From the NCBI GenBank assembly GCA_965223905.1, contig CBDCXV010000002.1:1-64000 (forward strand): DNA of 64,000 nucleotides. Reading direction: 5' to 3'. Below are positions 13,201-22,486 of the stretch, in pieces. The stretch is from Candidatus Latescibacterota bacterium. GTDB lineage: Bacteria; Latescibacterota; UBA2968; UBA8231. Both the position numbers and the translations under genes were made by a program. Positions within the stretch are counted from its first letter, which is position 1. Each line of letters starts with the position of its first letter. The notes below the pieces were generated by a model, which saw only the letters and a list, made by a program, of their open reading frames with translations, did no database searches and was not told the origin of the DNA.

Positions 13201-14726
13201 ATTTCGGTATGCTCCAAGTTGATTGAGCCACCCGCCATCTTATGAAGGCCGCCCCAGGCTTCCTCCGTAGAAGCAACGTCTTTGCCCCGAAAGCGGATAG
13301 GTGCGGCGGCGGACTCCCCGGAGGCATTCAGGGTTCCGTACACGAAAATCTCTGCTAGATTTTCTACGCCTGCGGAAAATTTGTGGGAATCTACGCCAGG
13401 CGTAAACTCTATAACGGTGCCCTGCTCGATCGTCAGCGTCGCGCCCGGGAAGACCACAATGTCGCCCCGTAAAAGGATCGTTCCACTCCAACTGATGTCG
13501 CCGACGATAGGGAAGTTATGAAAGGCGGCATAGGGTATATCGGATTTGGGATAATCCGTACGGTCGTTTTTATCGTAACGAATCTTATCCCAACCAGAAT
13601 AAAATGGGCCTGGTGGAGCCTCGTTGCTGTCTCGAAAATTAAGTGTAGTCCATGACGAAACCTTAGGGGTTCCCCATGATACGTGCGCGCCCAGCCAACT
13701 TTCCTCAGGATCCAATCCCATATTAGCCAAGGTATCCACCGGGTCCGACAGACAAACGATATTATAGGATTGGGCTATATTTTTATTCCTGTCAGAGTCG
13801 ACAATCTCGGGATGCAGAACGATTCCGTATGGGGTCAGATCTTCGTCCGCTCCTGCTTTTGCTCCATTTCCATAATGTCCGGGCGTTGGAAAATGTCCAT
13901 GGCCTCCTGCACTCACATAGACGACCGGATATTGACCACCCACTGGCGCGATGTTTTCTCGAATGTTGTTCGTTGCAGAAGGATTATCCGTAACGTTGTA
14001 GTAGGTGATACCCTTTCCGTGGAATGTATAATCCACCCCGTGGATCTCGGCCTCGTTCGCATTGCGGCTCGTCACCATGACATTGACTTTGGGCCAATCC
14101 CCTTCGTGTTTGTTCTCGAAATCATTGAAGGGATAAAAGAAATAATACTTGATCACGACGGAACCGAAATTATCCGACGAATCGCGGTCAAATACACGGA
14201 CATATGCAGTATTCGGGAACCTCCATCCAGCATGAGAGTCATCCATGCCCTGCCTTGGAAAATAGGCAGCATACCAGGAATCTGCATCATTTCCAGGGTA
14301 ATCGAAATACGTACGCAGTATATGAGTTGAACCAAAGCCTCCATTTACTCGGGGACCAAAGTAATGTGGATCATGCCCAATGAGGAATGCAAATTCATTT
14401 GACTCAAAATCGACTTTGTCGGCAAAAAAATCCTGAATGAGAAACGGAGATGATGTGATTGGCCCTAAATAATATCGCCTGATTGACAAATCTACTGCAC
14501 GGACTTGTACATTGGATACAGATTTAGCACCCACGATTTCTACAGGCTCAGGATTGATTACTTCATATCTACGGCCTCTTTCTGTTGGATTCTCCGTCAG
14601 CACCAAAATGGGAGCAAATTTCCTAGCGAGAGCTTCGTCATCTTCCCGAGTTGCATGGACAGGGCTGACAAAAAAATGATGCAAAACAGATGCGAATATA
14701 ACTAGGCCCAAAACAGCGGAGTTCAT
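965..14726 (-). CDS. Giant surface protein (about 4,590 aa if the frameshift is corrected): signal peptide, Vps62/NPP1-like head, beta-helix-like neck, FN3/Calx-beta/cadherin-like/Ig-like stalk, C-terminal FlgD-Ig/T9SS-type sorting domain
   Basis: ORFs 1248..14756 and 965..2959 join if one extra C at about 2960 is removed (CTCAACCGACACC versus CTCAACGACACC in sister repeats). ATG at 14726 follows GAAAGGAA and gives a hydrophobic signal peptide (MNSAVLGLVIFASVLHHFFVSPVHA). Many FN3 signatures (LxW...Y.YR...L.NG..YTFEVRA.N..G). Confidence 0.9.
1581..4455 (-). repeat. Ten near-identical tandem 288-bp (96-aa) FN3 repeats
   Basis: Anchor GGGGTCGCCGAGCGGCTGG recurs at 1581, 1869, 2157, 2445, 2733, 3022, 3310, 3598, 3886 and 4171. 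Spacing is 288, except 289 across the frameshift and 285 for the last interval. Confidence 0.95.
4460..6330 (-). repeat. Six tandem Ig-like repeats of about 309-318 bp (GTVxLSPTSPEVDQxVTATLVDLDGSLS...WQWQRR...YTPVxADVGxQLRATVxYTDGHG)
   Basis: Anchor CTCACCGGGTCGGTGGGAGC at 4768, 5077, 5395, 5713 and 6031; three 318-bp units are almost identical. Confidence 0.9.
9560..11440. repeat. Shared stalk block A, with near-identical copies at about 16490-17840 (offset 6399) and about 24417-26094 (offset about 14860)
   Basis: Same DNA and same shadow ORFs (10789..11229, 17188..17628, 25658..26101); anchor GGATCCGTTAACACACC at 10261, 16660 and 25130. Confidence 0.92.
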
Positions 14727-14809
14727 ATTGTTCCTTTCGTAAATTCCAGCCTCCATGCGGACTCTCTTTTTTCTAATTTTTAGTGAATTCTGCCTTCAAA
14801 ACCCACTTT

Positions 14810-15709
14810 TCAAAAGTGCAGCGTGGCCACGGCGGACAAGCTGCCCCTCGGGTTCGGTGCCAAGCCGATAGAGAAACGGCGGGCTGCGGAGAACTTGCGC
14901 CACCATTCCGACGCCAGCGTTGCACCGACGACAGGGCCAATAAGGATGGATGGCCAGAGCACCTCTGGATTGGCAATCGTCAACCCATAGCCCCCTAATA
15001 GGCCCACTACACTGCCGCCCAGGGATACGCCTAGAGATTTGGTGAGAGACATCTTGGAGCGGTGACGTGGAAACGCATTGACGCCGATCGCTGTTCCGGC
15101 CAAATAGCCGAATACATGCCCCCCACAAACGAGGTCTGGACCATCACCGCAGTACGAGTCGCCTGTCACCATCCCCAGCATTCCAAAATAAGATCCGGTG
15201 ATCAGCTTGAGGGCAACCCATTTATCAGTACTCATGCCTCTGCTCTCCGCCAGACCATCCAGCGTCGTGCCGCTTACTGCATGGCTCGTATCCATCACCG
15301 TCAGGGTCTGAATTGGCGGTCCATCCGGCCGTACTCTCTGCATCCGCTCCGTCGCCCTCCGGGAAGGTGTCCCTACCAGGACCAGCGTTAGAATGCGCTC
15401 CAAGGCCATGGGTTTTTGCCTGCCATCTCGTCCTCGAGATAGGGTCAACGTCTCCGCATTGATGGCTTGGATGTAGCCTCGGGCGGTCTCCAGCCTTTCC
15501 CACTCTCCGGAAACCGGGTGCCGCTCCCCTTGCCCATGGATCACCACCGCAAAGGCGCCCACCTCCACCGTGCTGCTGTCGATCTGACCGCCTTTCAGAA
15601 TCACCCCTGCCGGCGGCGCCTCGGCGGCGTCACCAGTGGTCGCGTCAGCATGGTTGCCCCGTGAGAAGAGGGAAACAGCGGTGACGAAAAAAACAAAGAT
15701 GAGGCTCAT
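14810..15709 (-). CDS. Partner family A exported/membrane protein: signal peptide, conserved small beta domain, Gly-rich hydrophobic helices, C-terminal beta-hairpin ending in Phe
   Basis: ATG at 15709 follows GGAAGCAGGGAG. Motif IDSSTVxVGAFAVVIHGQGERHPVSGEW..L.T.RGYIQA is shared with the genes at 31690, 36362 and 38975. Tail RRFSIGLAPNPRGSLSAVATLHF. Confidence 0.85.
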   Translation of the reverse strand: MSLIFVFFVTAVSLFSRGNHADATTGDAAEAPPAGVILKGGQIDSSTVEVGAFAVVIHGQGERHPVSGEWERLETARGYIQAINAETLTLSRGRDGRQKPMALERILTLVLVGTPSRRATERMQRVRPDGPPIQTLTVMDTSHAVSGTTLDGLAESRGMSTDKWVALKLITGSYFGMLGMVTGDSYCGDGPDLVCGGHVFGYLAGTAIGVNAFPRHRSKMSLTKSLGVSLGGSVVGLLGGYGLTIANPEVLWPSILIGPVVGATLASEWWRKFSAARRFSIGLAPNPRGSLSAVATLHF

Positions 15710-15884
15710 ACTCCCTGCTTCCTTTTGCCAAGACGGGCCCGTGATCGAGTTCCCGCCCGACCTACCTTGGAGTCTGTTGTCGTACACGTGAAGTACCTAC
15801 ACCCACGAATCCGGCCTACCTCCCTCCCGCTCCCACGTCCACACCGTCGCCGATACTCCCCCATCCGGGCGCCCAGCGTCGCCC

Positions 15885-18800
15885 TCAGCTCCACCCCTCC
15901 CGCGGCGTCGCCGGGCGCACCGTCACCGTGCCCGGGCGGTCCACGTCGTCGTCGACCAGCCTCACCGTGGCGATCGCCTGAGTGCCTGCGCTCACCCCCA
16001 GCGGCAGATCCCCGAACCCCAACGTCACCTCCTCGTCGGCCCGGTCCGTATCCTCGGTCGCCGTGATCGTAAACGACTGCGCCGAGGCGCCGGGGCCGGG
16101 ACTGAAAAAGAGCGTGTCTACGATCCCCGGCCACGTCATCCTGAAGTCGCCCGTCAAGGGGGTTCGCGTGATCGGGATCTTCAGCAACCGGTGCGCCGGC
16201 GGCGTCATGTTCACGGTCACCGTCTTCGCCGCCCCCCCTTCTATCGCTTCATACCTCGAGAACTCATACGTCACCGTGCGCGGCACCGTCACGTCCTTCA
16301 AGGTCACCTGAGCGCTCGACGGCGGGCCCGCGCTCACCCCCGCAGGCAGATCCCCGAAGCCCAGCGACACCGTCTCGTCGTCCCCGTCGTCGTCCTCATT
16401 GGCCGTGAGCGTAAACGACCCGGTCGAGTCGCCCAAGGCGAACGACAGCCGCCGGATCCCGGCCTCTTCCGTCAGACCCTCCACCGTGAAATCGCCCGCC
16501 TCCGTGCCCGCATCGGCCGTCACCGTAACCGGAAACGACACCCCCCGGGTCGCCTTGGGCGACAAGGACACCTCCACCGGCACCGGCTCGCCCCCTTCCC
16601 GCGCCTCGTAGCTCGAAGACCCATAGGCCACCTGAGGCTGCACCGGCGTCACCAACACCGGATCCGTTAACACACCCTCCGCCGCGGCGGACTTCGCCCG
16701 CACCCTGAACAGATATTCCACCCCGTTCGTCAGGTCTTCTACCCGGATATACCGGATCCTTCGTCCCTCATACTCGATACGGGCCACCTCTCCGTCGGCC
16801 ACCTTGGTCCATTCCATCTTGGCCGGCCTCTTCCTTTTCCCGTAGCGCCAATGGGTAATGCTGGCATCGGCGGAAGCGTCCCATAGCAGCAGCACCGCCT
16901 CATGGTCCGGCCACACCTCGAAACCCGTCGGCGGCGGCAACATCACCCCACGGGTCGGCTCACTCTGAACAAATCGGGAATAGCTGCCCGCATCCGGCAC
17001 ATACCGCACCATCGCCCGCAACTGACGACCCAGATCCGCCCGCAACGGCGTGTAGCTGGCCGACTGGGACGAGCCCGGCAGATCCGACCAGGGCGCACTG
17101 TCGCTGTCATTCCGGCCCTGCCACTGCCAGCTCCCAGCGCTCACCCCCTCCAGCGAAGCCGTCAGTGCAACCCCCGGCTGCGGCCTCTTGGTGCTCAACG
17201 ACACCTCCTCATCGCAGTTGCTCAACGTGGTGTTCGTCATCGTCACCGTGCCCGACGTATGGGCCTGCACACAGCCACCCCCGTCCCGGATCGTGGCGCC
17301 GCTCAGATCGGCGCTGCCCCCGCTTTCCACCCGGATGCCCGACCAATCGGAGGGGGACGGGGAAACAGCATTGCTTGACCGGAAGGTGACCCCCGGGCCC
17401 GCGCCAAGCGTACCGGCCACGATCAGCGCCCCCGGGCTGAACGACACCTCCGTTCCCGAACCCAGGCTCAACGTCACCCCCGAAGGGATCGTCACCTCCC
17501 CGTCCACACAGACCGCGCCGCTCCACGTCGTATCCGACGACAGCGAGCCCGACCACTTCGGCGCCAACGCCAAAACCCGCACCGAGTCCCCGGCCGCCGC
17601 GGCGTTGCGCGCCCGAACCTCGAAGTAGTAGGTCGTGCAACTCCCCACCGACAGCGTCAGGCTCGTCGGCAGCGCCTCCTCCGGGGACGGCACCGCCGTC
17701 CAGTCCGACCACGTGCGCTCCCCGCCGCTCAATTGATAGGCGCCCTGACGATACTCATACCCCGTCAACGCCGTGCCCCCATCCGACAACGGCGCATCCC
17801 ACGAAAGCTCCACCTGACCGTTCGCACCCGACGCTTCAGGGCGCCGGGGCGGGTCCGGCGCCCCCCCCGGAGTCGCCTGAGCCCGCGACGAATCCCCTTC
17901 TCCCACCGCGTTGACCGCACGCACCTCGAAGGTGTACTCCGTGCCGTTGCTCAGGCTCATCAGCGTGTGGCTCGTTGTCGTCGAATCGCTGTCCGATATA
18001 TCCCCCCAGTCCGGAGACCACGTGCCGGCCCCGTCGCTGCTTTGCCGATACTCATACCCCGTCAGCGCTGAGCCGTTGTCCGCAGGCGTCTCCCAAGTCA
18101 ACACCACCTGACGGTCGCCCGGATCCGCCGACAGGTTACCCGGCGCATCCGGGACGTCGGGCAGCGTCACCTGCCGGGAGAACGAGACTGCTCCGGCCCG
18201 GTAGCTCCCCGCCGCCAGCTCGTAGACTCCCCGCACCTGGAACCCGTAGACTTCCCCGTTCGCCAAGCCCGTGACCGTGTGCGACGTCGTCGACGCCGTG
18301 CTGCCGGGCACGTCCTGCCACTCCCCCCACGAGCCGAGGCCCCGCTGCTGCCGATACTGCCACTCCTCGAGCCTGTCGTGGCCCGGGCTGTCCCAGCTCA
18401 GCGTCACCTGCTCGTCGCCGGCCTGCGCCCGCAGGGGAACCACCGCCACCGAGTCCGACGCCACGCCCGGCACCCCGTCCGCGTTGACCAGTCGCACCCG
18501 GATCTGGTGCACTACCGTGTCGGCCAGGCCCGACACCCGCACCGTGTCCCCGGCCGCCTCCACCCGCACCGAGGTCGCCGTCGCTCCATCACTGGAGGCG
18601 CCCCTGGCCCCGGATGCGCCGCTGGTCCCGGAGGCTCCACCCCCCGCCTCTCCATCTCCTGGCGCCCCGCTGAAAGGGGACGCGAGACGATAAGCCCCTA
18701 ACACGCCCCCGCTATTCACCAGAACCTCAAAATCGATCGGAAACGCAGGGCCGGAGTCCGGCGGGAGGTCGGGGTCGGAGTCGGGGTCCGGAAACGGCTC

Positions 18801-21653
18801 GAACTCCTCCTGCTCGCAAGGCGGGCGGGAGCATTCCAAGACGATGAACTCCACCTCCCATTTCTTCTCCGATTCCTCCGAGGATTGCTCGGATGGCTCG
18901 ACGGATACGTCGCCCGCCGCCGCCTTGTTCGGTACCGGGGTCACCCCCGACGGCGGGAAGCTTGTTGACCACTCGCTGTCGCCGTGAGGGTTCGTCGCCT
19001 GCACCTGGTAGCGGTAGCGGCGCCACGCCTGCAGATCCCGATGCGTGAAACCCGTCGAGTCGACCCCCAATGCCGGCAGCGGACACAGGTTCCAGATCCC
19101 CGGCCATACCCATAGGTCCCGGGCGACCGCATGGCCGATTTCGAAGCGCAACGTATACCCGCTCACCGTCATATCCGTCGACGCGTCCCATACCACCCGG
19201 ATCTGTCCCGCTGCTGTTGAACTGGCGGCAAGGCCCGCTGCAAGGGTTGGCGGTATCGTACCCGGGGTTCCGGATTCGGAGAGCGTCACCGTCGCCGAAG
19301 AAGGCGTGCCGGACCGAACCCCCACCGGAAGCGCAGCACCAAACCCCAGCGTCACCGTCTCGTCGGCATCGCCGTCGCTGTCCGCGTTGGCCGTGATTGT
19401 GAAGTGCTTGGAGTTATCCCCCCCGACGAAGTGCAGCAGGTTACCCGAGCCGAGGCCGCTTACCGTGTAGTCGGAGGCTTCCGCGGTACCCGCAGTAACC
19501 GTAATCGGTATCGAAACGGAACGGTCCGCCGCAGGCGTCAGCCGAACCGTCACCTGCGCCGGGTGCCCTTCGGTGGTCCCTTCGGGATTCGGTTCGACCG
19601 CTTCGTAGGTCCCTGCACTGTAGGAAACCTGCATCAGGGCGACCTTCACCGACTTCGAGGCCGGACCCGCCCCCGTAGAATTGACCGCACGTAGTTGAAA
19701 CTGGTGCATTTCTCCATGGCCCAAGTTGTTTACCACCGCCTCCCGGGTGTCGGCGCCGCCGGACACATCCGTCCAACTCCCCCAACCCGCGTCCTCTGCG
19801 AGGTCGGCCGCCCACACTCTCCTGCGATACTCCCACCCCGAAATGCTGGGGTCTTCCGGGTAGGCGTCACGCCAGGTCAGGGTCACCTGCCCATCCCCGG
19901 CATCCGCTCTCGGGGAGGTCGGACGGGATTCGGGCTGACGGGTATCTCGAACTTCGGTATGGTGAAAGGCTGTCGAGCCACCCCTCATCTTGCGAATGCC
20001 AACCCAGGCATAGTCACCGGTCCAAGTGGGGACTGACTTCTGCCGGAACCGTATGGAATCGGTGGCGGTGCCAGTGGCTACCAAACTTCCGTAGACGTAT
20101 ATCTCGGCCTTGGTGTGGTCGATTACAAGGCGAGGTCGAAGGGCATCGGACCCAGACGGTTCATAATGGAGTGTAGTTATCTCCGTTATGGTCGAGGTAG
20201 GGCCCGAATAGGAGGGAGTGAACTGGTGTATATCGGTCTCCGGTTCAAACTCTACGACCGTGCCGGGCTGTACGGTGAGGGTCGCACCCGGAAAGATTAC
20301 GATGTCCCCTTTCAGAGAGATATTGCCACTCCAGGTGACATCACCCACAACGGCAAAATGATGAAATTCGGGATCGGGTATATCGTCCAACTCTATAAGT
20401 TCGTCATCCTCTATAAGGTCGTCCGCTATAAGGTCGACATCAATATTTTGCGCAAAACTGCTCCAGCCCTTATACAAGGGTCCTCTGGGAGCGTCGTTCG
20501 CGTCAACAACAAGTGGGATATATTCGTCGGGAGAATCAACCATTGGCGTTCCCCATAAAAGGTCAGCGCCCAGCCAGCTCATTTCGGGAGCAAGGCCCAT
20601 GTTGTCGACTTGGGCACGTCCCATTTCGTCGACATCGGGATCAGGTGTGGGTAACATTACAATCTTATATGATTCACCTCCCGATTCAACCGAATTCTCG
20701 ATGGCAGGGTGTAAAACAATACCATGGGGCGTCAAATTCTCATCACCCTCTCTGCGGGGATATAGTCCCGGTTTTGGCAAATGGGAATGGGAGCCGGCCC
20801 CTACGTAAACGACAGGATACTTGCTCCCCACGGTTGCCAGACTGTCGCTGAAGTCGACCGTAGATGGATTGTCCGTATTTCGGCCAAGATAGACAATGCT
20901 CTCTCCGTGGGTCTTGAAATCGACTCCATATAGTTCCGCCTGTTCGGGATCACGACTGGTAACCAGAAGATTGATTTTGGTCCAATCACCTTCGTGGTTG
21001 TTTGTGAAATCGTTATACGGATAAAAGCAAAAATACTTGATTACGACGGAACCACGATTATCGGGCGGATCGAGTGGAAATACGCGCGCATACACGGTAT
21101 TGGGGTAATTCTCTCCAGCCCGAGGACCGGATTCATATGCCTGATTCCAACTTTGTTTTGTCGTTCCGGGATAATCGAAATACATGGGATATAGCCATAC
21201 ATCTTCTGGCGAGCCATCGAGAGTTCGAAAACCCTCTATTTTTTTTCCGATAACGAGCTTCAGAAACGCGAATTTGTTCTGGGCAAAATCGACATTGAGA
21301 AAGTCATCGTTTTCGAGGTACTGATTCCACTCTGGAAATGGCAATTCCGCTCCCCAAATAACAGTTCTTCCTTCGGTAAGAAAGAGTCCTGGGGGCAAAC
21401 TGGAAAACCACACGTTCTGCACAGAGTCCGCCCCCATGATTTCAACCGGCTCGGGATGGAGTGCTTTACGGCCGGACCGAGTGGGATTCTTGGTCAGTAC
21501 GAGGACAGGAGCGAAGTTTCTTGCCAGGGTCGAGTCACTGATCGAAGTGGGAACGAAATCAGCTTCAACATGGCTGATTGGCAGGTTAACCATTGGAAAA
21601 GAGATCAGAAGCATGATGGGGAGATTTCTTCCGATGTCAGTCTTTCTTTGCAT
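15885..21653 (-). CDS. Vps62/NPP1-like head + neck + partial FN3/Calx-beta stalk; C-terminally truncated, no sorting domain
   Basis: Signal peptide, LARNFAPVLVLT, FCFYPYNDFTNNHEGDW, PVVYVGAGSH. Ends at a frameshift inside an Ig-like repeat, with decayed repeat sequence continuing to about 15800. Confidence 0.85.
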   Translation of the reverse strand: MQRKTDIGRNLPIMLLISFPMVNLPISHVEADFVPTSISDSTLARNFAPVLVLTKNPTRSGRKALHPEPVEIMGADSVQNVWFSSLPPGLFLTEGRTVIWGAELPFPEWNQYLENDDFLNVDFAQNKFAFLKLVIGKKIEGFRTLDGSPEDVWLYPMYFDYPGTTKQSWNQAYESGPRAGENYPNTVYARVFPLDPPDNRGSVVIKYFCFYPYNDFTNNHEGDWTKINLLVTSRDPEQAELYGVDFKTHGESIVYLGRNTDNPSTVDFSDSLATVGSKYPVVYVGAGSHSHLPKPGLYPRREGDENLTPHGIVLHPAIENSVESGGESYKIVMLPTPDPDVDEMGRAQVDNMGLAPEMSWLGADLLWGTPMVDSPDEYIPLVVDANDAPRGPLYKGWSSFAQNIDVDLIADDLIEDDELIELDDIPDPEFHHFAVVGDVTWSGNISLKGDIVIFPGATLTVQPGTVVEFEPETDIHQFTPSYSGPTSTITEITTLHYEPSGSDALRPRLVIDHTKAEIYVYGSLVATGTATDSIRFRQKSVPTWTGDYAWVGIRKMRGGSTAFHHTEVRDTRQPESRPTSPRADAGDGQVTLTWRDAYPEDPSISGWEYRRRVWAADLAEDAGWGSWTDVSGGADTREAVVNNLGHGEMHQFQLRAVNSTGAGPASKSVKVALMQVSYSAGTYEAVEPNPEGTTEGHPAQVTVRLTPAADRSVSIPITVTAGTAEASDYTVSGLGSGNLLHFVGGDNSKHFTITANADSDGDADETVTLGFGAALPVGVRSGTPSSATVTLSESGTPGTIPPTLAAGLAASSTAAGQIRVVWDASTDMTVSGYTLRFEIGHAVARDLWVWPGIWNLCPLPALGVDSTGFTHRDLQAWRRYRYQVQATNPHGDSEWSTSFPPSGVTPVPNKAAAGDVSVEPSEQSSEESEKKWEVEFIVLECSRPPCEQEEFEPFPDPDSDPDLPPDSGPAFPIDFEVLVNSGGVLGAYRLASPFSGAPGDGEAGGGASGTSGASGARGASSDGATATSVRVEAAGDTVRVSGLADTVVHQIRVRLVNADGVPGVASDSVAVVPLRAQAGDEQVTLSWDSPGHDRLEEWQYRQQRGLGSWGEWQDVPGSTASTTSHTVTGLANGEVYGFQVRGVYELAAGSYRAGAVSFSRQVTLPDVPDAPGNLSADPGDRQVVLTWETPADNGSALTGYEYRQSSDGAGTWSPDWGDISDSDSTTTSHTLMSLSNGTEYTFEVRAVNAVGEGDSSRAQATPGGAPDPPRRPEASGANGQVELSWDAPLSDGGTALTGYEYRQGAYQLSGGERTWSDWTAVPSPEEALPTSLTLSVGSCTTYYFEVRARNAAAAGDSVRVLALAPKWSGSLSSDTTWSGAVCVDGEVTIPSGVTLSLGSGTEVSFSPGALIVAGTLGAGPGVTFRSSNAVSPSPSDWSGIRVESGGSADLSGATIRDGGGCVQAHTSGTVTMTNTTLSNCDEEVSLSTKRPQPGVALTASLEGVSAGSWQWQGRNDSDSAPWSDLPGSSQSASYTPLRADLGRQLRAMVRYVPDAGSYSRFVQSEPTRGVMLPPPTGFEVWPDHEAVLLLWDASADASITHWRYGKRKRPAKMEWTKVADGEVARIEYEGRRIRYIRVEDLTNGVEYLFRVRAKSAAAEGVLTDPVLVTPVQPQVAYGSSSYEAREGGEPVPVEVSLSPKATRGVSFPVTVTADAGTEAGDFTVEGLTEEAGIRRLSFALGDSTGSFTLTANEDDDGDDETVSLGFGDLPAGVSAGPPSSAQVTLKDVTVPRTVTYEFSRYEAIEGGAAKTVTVNMTPPAHRLLKIPITRTPLTGDFRMTWPGIVDTLFFSPGPGASAQSFTITATEDTDRADEEVTLGFGDLPLGVSAGTQAIATVRLVDDDVDRPGTVTVRPATPREGWS
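18170..19210. repeat. Shared stalk block B, near-identical to about 22761-23800 (offset 4591)
   Basis: Near-identical shadow ORFs 18271..18693 vs 22862..23284 and 18727..19191 vs 23318..23782. Confidence 0.92.
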
Positions 21654-21682
21654 TTATTTCCCCTCTTTCTTGGTTGAGCCCA

Positions 21683-22486
21683 TTACTTGTTTGAGCGCAT
21701 TAAATGCTCAATATAGACGTTGGCTTCTATCATAGCCAGATCCACTCTTTCTCCGTCATCCCATTTTTCGTATGTCGTATCACCATACCCTACTTCCAGA
21801 CGTAGATTGGAGTGCATGGGCATGGGAATCGATATGCCCAATCCAAATCGTATATTCACAAATCCATCTCCGAGATATCTGGTATATGCATCCCGAACGC
21901 GATCACTATCAAATTTCTTCGAGTAAAACCATATCCCCGTCCCCAAATGGCAATAGAGGTATGTTCGAGGCAGCATCGTGTACATATTGACAACCAAATC
22001 TACATCCGTCCATGTTCGATTCGCTACATGGCCCTCCTCCGTTCCTTTCGATATATTCATCCCAAGAGCAAGGTTGGAAAAACGACTGTATCTCATTGAC
22101 AAACCAAAAGGTTTATATTCCTTTCCAGTATATTCCAGATTGCCTATATACACCCAACGCCTTGATACTCCAATGAACCAGCGATTCAACAACACACGAC
22201 GACTAATCTCGTATATCTGCTTATATTCAATGGTAACATCGTCGAATTCCTTCACTCCTCCATCCATGGTAACCGTGCTGTCGTCTGCATCGACAACTCG
22301 CCTGTCTTTTATTTCCAAGGTATCGCCTTCGTCAACATAAGTGACCCCCAGTTTCTTCCCTTCCTCAAACAAACTCCTGTCGATCTTTCCGCTATGGCGG
22401 GTAGCAACCACCTCGGTCATGGGGGCCGCACACCCTAGGGAAAAATGGGCGATAGCCATGAAAATCAAGCAAGCAATAATGCTCAT
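21683..22486 (-). CDS. Partner protein: predicted lipoprotein with a C-terminal beta-barrel-like domain
   Basis: ATG at 22486 follows AAGGAGGG; lipobox-like FSLG-C. Alternating amphipathic strands ending LRLEVGYG...IEANVYIE, similar to the C-terminus of 35334..36362. Confidence 0.75.
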   Translation of the reverse strand: MSIIACLIFMAIAHFSLGCAAPMTEVVATRHSGKIDRSLFEEGKKLGVTYVDEGDTLEIKDRRVVDADDSTVTMDGGVKEFDDVTIEYKQIYEISRRVLLNRWFIGVSRRWVYIGNLEYTGKEYKPFGLSMRYSRFSNLALGMNISKGTEEGHVANRTWTDVDLVVNMYTMLPRTYLYCHLGTGIWFYSKKFDSDRVRDAYTRYLGDGFVNIRFGLGISIPMPMHSNLRLEVGYGDTTYEKWDDGERVDLAMIEANVYIEHLMRSNK

